Source: Acaryochloris marina S15 (GTDB lineage: Bacteria > Cyanobacteriota > Cyanobacteriia > Thermosynechococcales > Thermosynechococcaceae). Taken from it: DNA of 24,000 bases. Made by a program: the position numbers and the translations under genes. The notes under the pieces are model-generated. The model had not been told where the DNA came from. It saw only the letters and a program-made list of their open reading frames with translations, and searched no databases. The DNA is taken from positions 4,230,156 through 4,254,155 of the forward strand of contig NZ_CP064923.1 of assembly GCF_018336915.1 (NCBI RefSeq). The letters run 5' to 3'. Shown piece by piece: positions 1 to 8,187 of the stretch (positions are counted from its first letter, which is position 1; each line of letters begins with the position of its first letter).

Positions 1-37
1 TACAACCAAGAAAACTGTAACTGCCTAAACCAGAGCT

Positions 38-75
38 GCAATCTCAGGTGATGCAATTGCAACACCTGAGATTGC
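38..75. repeat. 38-nt near-perfect palindrome or hairpin, function unknown
   Basis: gcaatctcaggtg (38-50) is the exact reverse complement of cacctgagattgc (63-75). The intervening tgcaattgca (52-61) is itself palindromic, which leaves a single A/A mismatch (51/62). Confidence 0.5.
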
Positions 76-154
76 TCTTAAGCATTCCCATTACAGCATT
101 GCTAGTCTGCTTAATAGGGAAGCGCTCTAGGTAAAAGCGAAGACTAACTTAATC

Positions 155-204
155 AAGACATCAAGAAGGCCGTAAGAGATCTCTTACGGCCTTCTTGATG
201 TCTT
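155..204 (-). terminator. 50-nt perfect palindrome (24-bp stem) 14 nt downstream of the M23 peptidase stop; putative transcription terminator
   Basis: aagacatcaagaaggccgtaagag (155-178) and ctcttacggccttcttgatgtctt (181-204) are exact reverse complements. There is no flanking U-tract on either strand, so it is not a canonical intrinsic terminator. Confidence 0.5.
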
Positions 205-218
205 ATGAATTCTAGAAC

Positions 219-1988
219 CTATAGCTTTCTGAGGAAGGGGACGGGGTTAATCGCGCCTTTACCAGCAGAATGCAGTTCAAAATGAGTATGAGGGCCAGTA
301 CTCAGTCCAGTGCTCCCCATCTCAGCAATCTGTTGACCTTGGTAAACAGATTGTCCTACGCGCGTTTTAATGCGGTGGTTATGGGCATATAACGTCAAAC
401 TACCATCGGGGTGACGGATCTCAACAAGATTGCCATATCCCCAGCGATTCCAGCCCGCAGTGGTCACAATACCCGGTGCAGAAGCAATCACAGGTGTCCC
501 TACGGGGGCAGCAATATCAATACCACGATGGGGTCGTCCCCAACGCCAACCAAACCCAGAGGTTAGAACGCCTTTAGCAGGCCACAAATATTTTTGGGGC
601 CCCGGCAACATCTGGCTAGGTAAATAGCGATCGACAGAAGATAAAGGGGGTAACTCTAAACTAGGGACCTGAGGCAACAGGTTGCGAGTCGCAATTTGAG
701 TCGCATCACTCTTCAACTTCGGACTTGGAGTCGATTGAATCGGTAAGATTGCTACAGGTGGAGAGGCTTTAGTCGAGAGGGATGGGGTTTCGTCCTGGGT
801 TGCTTTAGGCTCTTTGGAGGTTGCAACTGCTGCCTTCTCACCTTCCCCCAACAAATCACTAGGCTTATTCTCTGTCTCAGAATCATTGAGAGCAACAATG
901 TCCTGAACCGTCGTTAACGATAAGGAAAGGGATTGATGGGCAGGAATGCGTAGCTTAGTTTTGGGGCCGATAGAGGCAGGATCACTAATACGGTTCGCCT
1001 TAGTAATTTCCGTCGCTGAAACCTGGTAGAGACGAGAGATATCGTCTAAGGTTTCTCCCGGCTTGACTTGATGAACAATCGCTCCCGAATCGATGAGAGC
1101 TGAATTTTGCTCGTTCGGGATAATCGTTTGAGATAAATCGATATCGGGGAGGACTGCCAAAGCGGTTGTTGAGTCTACTGCCTCTTCCTCAGTACTATCT
1201 TTTGCCAGGGTTGAGGAATCCAGCGAATCAATCGCTTGGGTATTGCTCTCAAGGGTAGAAGACAAATCTAATGGGTTGGCAATAGAGGCTGCGCTCAACT
1301 CAACATCAGACTGATCTGATGAAGGCAGAAGCTCATCTAAATCAAGCAGGGATTGACTGGGCAATTCAGCCAACAGTAGAGGCTCAACCTCTAGGATGGC
1401 TGATGCGCTGAGTTCTAAGCTCTCCTCAATATTGTCAAGGTCGAGAATATCTATGGCTTCTAACAGATTTTTAGAGGTCAAGGGAGCCATCAGCTCGTCA
1501 GCCAACTCCTGAGAAACCCCGACCAAGGTACTCTGGGTGAAAGAGACGCCTGCCTTAGACACCAATGATTTAGAGGATCCTTCAGACTCCAGAGGCGCAG
1601 ATTTAAGTGCCAGGGAACCCACCGATTTAGGGGTCAACAATGTCGTGGGCCGAGTCCCTAGGTTTGGCTCAGATGCAATGAGTGCTGAGGATGAACGCTG
1701 CAAAGTTCGTTGTTGAAATAGCCTGGAGGATTTGGAGAGGTTCTGGTTTGAATAAGCCGATAGCTTATATCGAGGAGAACCGATCAGGTCCGGCAACTGC
1801 ACAGACGTATGGGTGGATATTTTTTGATGAGCAGAAGAAACAGCAGCTACAGCTGTCTGCTCAGTTGTTAGTCCGCCGATGGCACTGACCGTGATCAAAC
1901 CTAGAACACTGGCAGAACGAGTTCGACGAAGGAGAGTTGATACCCCTGACGAAGTGATATCAATCTTCTGCGGAATTTCTCGTTTCAA
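219..1988 (-). CDS. Membrane-anchored LysM-domain M23 (LytM/NlpD-like) peptidoglycan endopeptidase
   Basis: The C-terminus carries the M23 motifs HRGID (HxxxD) and HTHFELH (HxH). A LysM-like segment is HQVKPGETLDDISRLYQVSATEITKANRI. The N-terminus has a hydrophobic anchor (SVLGLITVSAIGGL). The start codon is TTG at 1988-1986, preceded by AGGAGG. Confidence 0.9.
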   Translation of the reverse strand: MKREIPQKIDITSSGVSTLLRRTRSASVLGLITVSAIGGLTTEQTAVAAVSSAHQKISTHTSVQLPDLIGSPRYKLSAYSNQNLSKSSRLFQQRTLQRSSSALIASEPNLGTRPTTLLTPKSVGSLALKSAPLESEGSSKSLVSKAGVSFTQSTLVGVSQELADELMAPLTSKNLLEAIDILDLDNIEESLELSASAILEVEPLLLAELPSQSLLDLDELLPSSDQSDVELSAASIANPLDLSSTLESNTQAIDSLDSSTLAKDSTEEEAVDSTTALAVLPDIDLSQTIIPNEQNSALIDSGAIVHQVKPGETLDDISRLYQVSATEITKANRISDPASIGPKTKLRIPAHQSLSLSLTTVQDIVALNDSETENKPSDLLGEGEKAAVATSKEPKATQDETPSLSTKASPPVAILPIQSTPSPKLKSDATQIATRNLLPQVPSLELPPLSSVDRYLPSQMLPGPQKYLWPAKGVLTSGFGWRWGRPHRGIDIAAPVGTPVIASAPGIVTTAGWNRWGYGNLVEIRHPDGSLTLYAHNHRIKTRVGQSVYQGQQIAEMGSTGLSTGPHTHFELHSAGKGAINPVPFLRKL

Positions 1989-1994
1989 TGAGGA

Positions 1995-2000
1995 CCTCCT
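1995..2000 (-). promoter_or_regulatory. Shine-Dalgarno AGGAGG for the TTG-initiated M23 peptidase gene
   Basis: The minus strand reads AGGAGG-tcctca-TTG, a 6-nt spacer. Confidence 0.6.
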
Positions 2001-2646
2001 AGATGCGTAGTGTGTCTCTGATAATGCAGAAACGGAACTGTGTGTAGAACTGCGTTTGAGAGTTGGAATATAAGCTCTTAATTATCTCATAACATTGTTC
2101 TTAAATGTTCGAGTGAGAGTCACGGGCGAAGAATCGTATTAGGTAAAAATACCTTGCTTCTCAAAAATAGACAAGTTTTGAGTAGGAGCATGCTTAGCCT
2201 GCTTGAATTAGAACCTTGCCCATGGCCAGCAAACAGTATTAATAAATACATTCGCTCAGAGTGTTCAGCAAAAGCCTCTCACGTTGTTCACAATGACTGA
2301 GTGAATAGAAAGCAACGGTATGAGCTGATAAAGTGGCTTCCATTAATCTGCCCAGGAGTCTACCCGTATATCCTGCGTGATACTACTGAATTCTTATATA
2401 AACTCATTGAAGGGTGACTAATACCTCCGTAAAAACACATAGAGGAGCTAGCAAACGGTTTGAAATTCGTTCAGTTTTGAATCTAGATACAGATATCTGT
2501 CCAAATTAAACTCACGTATTAAAAATACTTATTCGTCGATTAGAGGAAAAAATATTTCGTCTATCCTACTCTAGTTATTTGAATCTGCCAGAATCAAGGG
2601 TGGCATGCCCTATGCCTACCGCAAAACTGACTTTAAAGCCTCAAGG

Positions 2647-3108
2647 TTAAGTCATTAACGCTAGCTGTCTTCGAGCTTCAAACAGCCCTACAGCAGCACT
2701 GACCGAAAGATTCAAACTTCTGACCTGTTGATTAGCCATAGGAATGCGAAGAACGGCAAAGCTGTCCTGCAAAACATCTGGGGGTAAACCACTGGATTCA
2801 CTGCCAAAGATCAGCCAATCATTCTCGCAAAACTGAAATTGCAAGTAGCTATGAGTTCCAGATTTACTGAAGCTAATGGAACGCCCACCTTGTTGCTGCC
2901 GCACCTGCTCAAAGGCGTCCCAGGATGTGTGGGTTTGAAGGTTCACAAAGGGCCAATAGTCTAGTCCTGCCCGCTTCAGATAGCGATCTGATATTTCAAA
3001 TCCTAGAGGCTCAACTAAATGCAGCTCAGTTTGTGTTGCAGCACAAGTGCGAGCAATATTGCCTGTATTGGGAGGGATCTCAGGATAAACAAGGACAACC
3101 CGGAGCAT
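2647..3108 (-). CDS. trmL: tRNA (cytidine/uridine-34 2'-O)-methyltransferase, SpoU/TrmH family (TrmL/YibK type)
   Basis: 153 aa. The N-terminus PEIPPNTGNIARTC and KRAGLDYW, and the C-terminus SLNLSVSAAVGLFE, match my recollection of E. coli TrmL nearly colinearly. Confidence 0.9.
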   Translation of the reverse strand: MLRVVLVYPEIPPNTGNIARTCAATQTELHLVEPLGFEISDRYLKRAGLDYWPFVNLQTHTSWDAFEQVRQQQGGRSISFSKSGTHSYLQFQFCENDWLIFGSESSGLPPDVLQDSFAVLRIPMANQQVRSLNLSVSAAVGLFEARRQLALMT

Positions 3109-3134
3109 GTTGTAGACGTCTGCTGATGGACTCG

Positions 3135-4280
3135 CTATACCGCTACAGGCTCACATAATTTGTTGCGCAGATCAATCTCTGTTTGAGACATATTTGCGAT
3201 CGCATCCTGCATCACAGACTGAATCGACTGCCCCTGGCAATACTGTCTCAACCACTGTTGAGCTTCATTCCCTTGATCCAAAATTTCGCGAATTGGAGTC
3301 AGGAAACAGCTAAATCCCGATTGTTTTGCCGTCGGCCAAGCTTCGGTATACAACTCTTCAATCCAGTCCCGAGCCAGAATTTTGCGGCCATCTTGCCAAT
3401 GGGTCAATTCAGCATCCAAGCTATGGGTCGCAGCAGCGATTTCATTGGCATCTGCCAGGGCACATAGATGTTCAGGATCTGTCCTGAAGTTGCTACCGAT
3501 TAAAGGATCAAGCTGGGGATCATCTAGCAGCTGGAGGATTCGAGCTTCTAGCAGCGCTGTAATGGCTAACAAATGAATGGGATGAGTGACGAGATCACAA
3601 ATTCTCATCTCCAGGCGATTCAAATCATAGGGACGACGATTGCCGTTGGGGCGCACAGAACTCCACAGATGACGTACATTCTGCATCGTGCCTTGTAGCA
3701 ATTGTGACTCGGTCCAATCAATAAAATGCTGGTGACTGGTAAATAGAGGCACCTGAGCAGGGGTTTTAGGGAAGACCGCCCAACGGGAAGAATGATGTCC
3801 CGTCACTTGATTTCCTAAAAAGGGAGAAGAGGCACTCAAGGCCAAAAACAGCGGAGCCTCCATCCGAACAAGGCGGCAAGCCCGGAAAAGCTGCTCGATG
3901 TCGGGAATGCCAATATTGATATGAATACTGGCGGTCACAACGCTCGTACCGTAGGTCTGCTCAATATAGGAATGGTAAGGGTTCTTGGGATCAGACCGGT
4001 AAAAATTCTCATGATCTCCAAGGGCTAGGGTACTGCCCGGAATCAGAGTGTAGTCGCCCAAGCTTTGCAAATATTGGCGAAGCTGGAGGCGGGGTTTGAG
4101 TAGATCACAAAGAAGGGGATCGTAATGATGAGCTGGGGCAGTCGTATACTCCACGTTACGACTGTCAGGTTCTCGAACAAACCCATCTAAATCGGCAACA
4201 ATCCGATCGGAGAGACCAACAATCTCACCTGAGGGTTTTCCCGTATACAGTTCTACCTCGAACCCTTTAGAAAGCACCAT
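3135..4280 (-). CDS. gshA: Glutamate--cysteine ligase (cyanobacterial GCS2-type)
   Basis: 381 aa. The pattern KGFEVELYTG...VEYTTAP...HINIG...LALSASSPF...LEMRICD fits the glutamate-cysteine ligase family 2 fold. The stop lies 26 nt upstream of the trmL start, so co-transcription is likely. Confidence 0.8.
   Translation of the reverse strand: MVLSKGFEVELYTGKPSGEIVGLSDRIVADLDGFVREPDSRNVEYTTAPAHHYDPLLCDLLKPRLQLRQYLQSLGDYTLIPGSTLALGDHENFYRSDPKNPYHSYIEQTYGTSVVTASIHINIGIPDIEQLFRACRLVRMEAPLFLALSASSPFLGNQVTGHHSSRWAVFPKTPAQVPLFTSHQHFIDWTESQLLQGTMQNVRHLWSSVRPNGNRRPYDLNRLEMRICDLVTHPIHLLAITALLEARILQLLDDPQLDPLIGSNFRTDPEHLCALADANEIAAATHSLDAELTHWQDGRKILARDWIEELYTEAWPTAKQSGFSCFLTPIREILDQGNEAQQWLRQYCQGQSIQSVMQDAIANMSQTEIDLRNKLCEPVAV
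3196..3203. repeat. HIP1 octamer GCGATCGC
   Basis: exact match. Confidence 0.95.
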
Positions 4281-4477
4281 GCATATCCCTCGCTCTTGTC
4301 AAACAGATTATAGGCAGTAGATCTGAATAGACCCTTAGAAAGAGTTAGTAAATTGGATGAGGGCAAACCAAGGTTGAATGTACACTTAAAAATTGAACAC
4401 AACCAATAAATAGGTGTACTGCTAGCAATGATGTCGCTCACTCGGCAGATCTTTGTTTACATTCTGACATATTTCGG

Positions 4478-4535
4478 TGCAGGTGTTGGGTAGAGACCCC
4501 TACTCCACGGGTCTCCGGCCCAGCCAAAACCTGCA
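4478..4535. other. Nested hairpin element in the gshA / DUF1400 intergenic region
   Basis: The outer stem tgcaggt (4478-4484) pairs with acctgca (4529-4535), and ttgg (4486-4489) pairs with ccaa (4524-4527). The inner stem gagaccc (4493-4499) pairs with gggtctc (4509-4515). Confidence 0.35.
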
Positions 4536-4606
4536 TGAGGGCCACAAATGCCGATCATTACCGCTGAGAAAGACTGTTATGGAAGCGCTTTCTATAACGG
4601 TTCAAC

Positions 4607-5314
4607 TTATTCCATGAAGGAGCGAATGGTATCTGAGAGAATATCGAGGATTCCAGATTGCTGAATATAGGGTTGAGCTTGTTTTAAGATAGGACCCGCT
4701 TCTTTTAAGAGGGGACCTGCATCTTCTAATAGAGGAGCAGCTTCTTTTAGCAAGGGACTAGCTGCACCGATGGCAGGAGCAAATTGCTTACCCTTGGCAA
4801 TCATAGGGCCATATTTTTGGTAGGCTTCCATCAACCGCTCACCATCTACCTCAACGGTGCTAGTGGGATAGCTCTCAAGGGTATCGAGGATGGTAATTTC
4901 CCCATCTCGGCTAGCGTCTAAAACCAGTGCAGAGCGAATAGCCTGACGACTCGCTCGCTTTGAAGGAGGAGACATGATTTCCCCGGCTTCATCCAGCATG
5001 GCATCGCCGAAGGGGGTATTGAGTAATTGATCAAGCTGAGTAGAACTAACTGTGAAGGGGCGGGTGAGGATTTCACTCACTTTTTGTGGCTCTTGTTCTG
5101 CTAACTCTAAATACACTTTTAGATCGGCGGGGGCACGGCCCGTATCAGCCAATTGACGTAGAGAACTGACGGGAACCGAGCGGGCAATGGGGCCATATTT
5201 AAATACAACCTGTTCTGCAGCTCCAGAAGGTAATGCGCTCAACAGCACAGCCGCACAACTTCCGAATAAACAGTTCCACCAATTGCTGTTGATCTGTGAT
5301 GTTGTTGAACTCAT
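4607..5314 (-). CDS. Exported DUF1400-family protein with a C-terminal heptad-repeat tail
   Basis: It has a signal-like N-terminus (CLFGSCAAVLLSALPSGAA). AEQVVFKYGPIARSVPVSSLRQLADTG...LLNTPFG follows the DUF1400 pattern typical of cyanobacteria, as I remember it. Confidence 0.8.
   Translation of the reverse strand: MSSTTSQINSNWWNCLFGSCAAVLLSALPSGAAEQVVFKYGPIARSVPVSSLRQLADTGRAPADLKVYLELAEQEPQKVSEILTRPFTVSSTQLDQLLNTPFGDAMLDEAGEIMSPPSKRASRQAIRSALVLDASRDGEITILDTLESYPTSTVEVDGERLMEAYQKYGPMIAKGKQFAPAIGAASPLLKEAAPLLEDAGPLLKEAGPILKQAQPYIQQSGILDILSDTIRSFME
4676..4759 (-). repeat. In-frame 21-nt tandem repeat, four clear copies, encoding the heptads SPLLKEA/APLLEDA/GPLLKEA/GPILKQA
   Basis: Read directly from the translation of residues 186-213 of the DUF1400 ORF. 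Two degenerate heptads follow (QPYIQQS, GILDILS). Confidence 0.8.
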
Positions 5315-5647
5315 AATGCTAGCGTCTATACCTTTCCACTCTTAAGAATACCCAATTACCATGACCAAATTGTGATTCTGGAGTTCCTGAGGTCTGAGAA
5401 GTCTGTGGTATGAGGTCAAGCCAGCGGAGAGTGGAGTAGGATTTGAGGCTGCAGTTGATATTTCACGGAGTAGTCGAAAACTATCGCAAACCTGCTTCAA
5501 TGGAAAGGGGCTAAATCAGTCTGTAGACTCTGTATCACCGTATCTGAAACCCAATTGAACTCAGATATTAAGGATTGAGAATTGCGTTGGGGTTGGATCG
5601 AGTCAAGATGATTCGCTGAAATTTGGTAACTGAAAGGTAAACGGTTT

Positions 5648-6421
5648 ATGGATGTTATCCCTGCTATTGACTTGTTAGAGGGTCGGTGTGTTCGTCTGTA
5701 TCAAGGGGACTACGACCAATCCCAAGTATTTTCGGAGAACCCAGTTGAAGTTGCCAAAGCTTGGGAAGCTCAGGGCGCCCAATGGCTGCATTTGGTGGAT
5801 TTGGATGGTGCGAAGACCGGGCAGCCCGTGAATTTAGACACCATTGCAGCGGTGGTGGAGGCCTTGGAGATTCCGGTACAAGTGGGGGGAGGCTTGCGCG
5901 ATCGCAACCGTGTCACCCAACTTCTAAATTTAGGTGTAAAAAGAGGTATTTTAGGTACGATAGCCATTGAGAAACCTGATCTAGTTCAGGAGCTATGCCA
6001 AGAATTCCCTGATCAAATTGTGGTGGGTATTGATGCCCGAGAAGGCCGAGTCGCCACCCGAGGCTGGTTAGAAACGTCTGAGATTCTGGCGGTAGACTTG
6101 GCCAAACGCATGGTGACGGCGGGTGCGGCTGCGATTATTTATACCGATATTCAGCGGGACGGAACGCTTCAAGGTCCCAATATTCCGATGCTGCGAGAAA
6201 TGGCTGAAGCGATTACGATTCCGGTGATTGCTTCCGGTGGGGTCAGCTCCATTACGGATCTGCTAAATTTGCTGGCGTTAGAAGCCATCGGGGTTACGGG
6301 CGCAATTGTAGGCAAAGCCTTATATACAGAAGATATCGCTTTATCTGAAGCCCTCCGGGCCGTTGGTCCTGGTCGCTGGCAGGATGTGCCTCCCGATTTA
6401 GGCTCTTCTGCGCTGGCCTAG
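5648..6421 (+). CDS. hisA: 1-(5-phosphoribosyl)-5-[(5-phosphoribosylamino)methylideneamino]imidazole-4-carboxamide isomerase
   Basis: 257 aa. The N-terminus [19 protein letters not shown] and the motifs [14 protein letters not shown] and SGGVSS are the HisA (not HisF) signature. Confidence 0.95.
   Translation: MDVIPAIDLLEGRCVRLYQGDYDQSQVFSENPVEVAKAWEAQGAQWLHLVDLDGAKTGQPVNLDTIAAVVEALEIPVQVGGGLRDRNRVTQLLNLGVKRGILGTIAIEKPDLVQELCQEFPDQIVVGIDAREGRVATRGWLETSEILAVDLAKRMVTAGAAAIIYTDIQRDGTLQGPNIPMLREMAEAITIPVIASGGVSSITDLLNLLALEAIGVTGAIVGKALYTEDIALSEALRAVGPGRWQDVPPDLGSSALA
5898..5905. repeat. HIP1 octamer GCGATCGC
   Basis: exact match. Confidence 0.95.
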
Positions 6422-6474
6422 AAGTGACAACGCCACTCAGCAAACCATTCGAACGGGGGTATTGAAAACACCAT

Positions 6475-6735
6475 TCAATACTTCAAGGGCCATTCAAGCT
6501 CAAATTCAACGCTCAGAAGAGGATGAGCATGCTCAAGTACCTCGGCAAGAGCTTCAGCACTTTGCCTGTTTCCTTCCCACAGCAAAAAAGTGCTTGAATT
6601 CGTGGCTTTATACGTCAATCCATATTGTTTAAGGATAGGGATAGCAGATTTGAGCTGTACCCACACATCCTGAGTCCAGTTCGGATCGGACTCGTGTGGC
6701 CAAGAAACGATTATCGTGCCATCCTCATTCGCCAT
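6475..6735 (-). CDS. Hypothetical small protein (86 aa)
   Basis: Clean ATG-initiated ORF convergent with hisA. The composition is protein-like and I recognise no motif. Confidence 0.5.
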   Translation of the reverse strand: MANEDGTIIVSWPHESDPNWTQDVWVQLKSAIPILKQYGLTYKATNSSTFLLWEGNRQSAEALAEVLEHAHPLLSVEFELEWPLKY

Positions 6736-6830
6736 GTACCTAAGCAGTAGGACATAATTAATTTCACAACATTTTTGCTAAAACCCTGGCTTAGCAAGGA
6801 AATAGATTGTAATTACTTCTGCTTAAGTGC

Positions 6831-7178
6831 TTATATATCTTGGATATCTAAAGTTAAAGTAGGCGGTGCAGCAAAGTCTCTACAGTCAATCGCATTCTCT
6901 GATAAGGCGATATCAGGACGGACCGAGCATTTGAGACGATAGTCGTTTGTGAAATATTGGCAGTTACTACAGGGGATTTGATGCATCCGATTTGAGACTC
7001 GGATACTGTATGCGATCGCAGATCCAATATTCCAAAGTATCAACCCTACAATCCCCCAGGCCAAACAAAAGCCAATCCCCACAAACAGAAAATGAAACGC
7101 AGGGGAAACCCACAATTGATAAACCATAATGCCCCGATAACAAAGCCATGTATAGATGGGCAATAAACTACTACCCAT
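6831..7178 (-). CDS. Hypothetical membrane protein with a C-terminal four-Cys motif
   Basis: There are two or three hydrophobic segments (e.g. FHFLFVGIGFCLAWGIVGLILW) followed by CSNC-x10-C-x15-C. A HIP1 site lies inside it (7012-7019), consistent with native DNA. Confidence 0.55.
   Translation of the reverse strand: MGSSLLPIYTWLCYRGIMVYQLWVSPAFHFLFVGIGFCLAWGIVGLILWNIGSAIAYSIRVSNRMHQIPCSNCQYFTNDYRLKCSVRPDIALSENAIDCRDFAAPPTLTLDIQDI
7012..7019. repeat. HIP1 octamer GCGATCGC
   Basis: exact match. Confidence 0.95.
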
Positions 7179-7392
7179 CCTTAAGGTAAAACCTTAAAAA
7201 CAAGGACAAAGCAGGGATCATAGCTTCGTCATAAATATTGCAATCTCTTTACTCTTAGCAATTGAACAACACAATTAAGTTAATCATCACTGAGGCGTTG
7301 GAAGTCACTGATTAAGAAATCTGTGGTCTCACTCCCTGACTTTCGTTGAAGGCTCGATCTAAGCAATGTGCAACCGTATTAAAACAGCACTG

Positions 7393-7776
7393 CTAATAGC
7401 TGGAGACATTTCCTGGTAAAACGAATTCACAATGGTCCAACAGTTTCTCACCACGATCATCAAATACGACACTTGGCTTGGGTAAGAACGCCGTGAAGCA
7501 ATCGTCGATACCTAGCGATATTGCAATCTTACGAGCATATTCTCCACCACCACGGCTCCAGCAAAATAGTTCGTGACCAGCACCCGACATCCGACGTACA
7601 TATTCTATGGATAGGGGCATTGGGATCTGTTTTGAGCCAAATGTACGGATGAGAGTATCATCCACATCGATATAAATCACGTGTTTCTTTTGATCTGGCG
7701 TCATGTAATGCGAAGTTTTTCTGTTTCTTGATCTCTGTCTAAGCATCATTGCCACTGCTCTGTGAGCAACTTGCAT
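7393..7776 (-). CDS. Small capless HAD-superfamily phosphatase-like protein
   Basis: HAD motif I is IYIDVDDTL (DxDxT), motif II is CWSRGG (Ser), and motif III is LPKP...FDD. The first 24 codons (Arg-rich) look non-native. An internal ATG at 7704 (MTPDQKKHVIYIDVDD) is a plausible true start. Confidence 0.6.
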   Translation of the reverse strand: MQVAHRAVAMMLRQRSRNRKTSHYMTPDQKKHVIYIDVDDTLIRTFGSKQIPMPLSIEYVRRMSGAGHELFCWSRGGGEYARKIAISLGIDDCFTAFLPKPSVVFDDRGEKLLDHCEFVLPGNVSSY

Positions 7777-7872
7777 TGATTTTCAAGCAACTCTCAACCG
7801 ATCAGTTCAGCAACTGACGCAACCAATTACGATGCATCGGCAATGCAAGTAAGGAAAATCTTGCAACCGGTG

Positions 7873-8067
7873 TCATTGCTGTCGCTTGAATATGGCAACA
7901 ACATCCTGGGAGCCGCCCTGGTGCCTGTTGATATCAAAGGCACTTACCAGTTCCCACCCTTCAGCACCCAGTTGGTTCATATATTCATCCAGTTTAACCT
8001 CGTCAAAGTTGCGTTTGAAGACACCCGTGGTTGCAAGCTTAATGGTCTTATATTCAAAGCTAGGCAT
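7873..8067 (-). CDS. DUF4177 domain protein (64 aa)
   Basis: FEYKTIKL...LGAEGWELVSAF...VAIFKR matches the DUF4177 pattern I remember. AGGAGA lies 8 nt upstream of the ATG on the minus strand. Confidence 0.8.
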   Translation of the reverse strand: MPSFEYKTIKLATTGVFKRNFDEVKLDEYMNQLGAEGWELVSAFDINRHQGGSQDVVAIFKRQQ

Positions 8068-8187
8068 TCTTCATGTCTCCTGATTTGCGATGGACAGTGG
8101 CATGACCTAAATATTGTGGATGCTTGAGTCTTAGTTCAATCTTTAGTGAATTACATCGAAGTTTGGTTTGAGAAGATATCTGGCCAA

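Noticed and set aside
1-51. Possible 3' end of a plus-strand gene at the left edge (…YNQENCNCLNQSCNLR*)
   Set aside because: Only 16 codons are visible and the composition is odd. This cannot be supported from this window.
430-1888. Plus-strand ORFs 430-627 and 1682-1888
   Set aside because: They are antisense shadows inside the M23 peptidase gene.
3183-3576. Plus-strand ORFs of 94 and 64 aa
   Set aside because: They lie entirely inside gshA on the opposite strand, have low-complexity translations, and are typical shadow ORFs.
4253-4441. 62-aa minus-strand ORF overlapping the gshA start
   Set aside because: It overlaps the gshA start region in another frame and has no motif or ribosome-binding site. 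It is probably spurious.
5761-5970. ORFs of 69 aa (+) and 65 aa (-) inside hisA
   Set aside because: They are alternative-frame or antisense shadows of a confidently identified gene.
7843-8127. Plus-strand ORFs of 94 and 65 aa overlapping the DUF4177 gene
   Set aside because: The minus-strand product has a recognisable family pattern and an AGGAGA ribosome-binding site. The plus-strand translations have neither.
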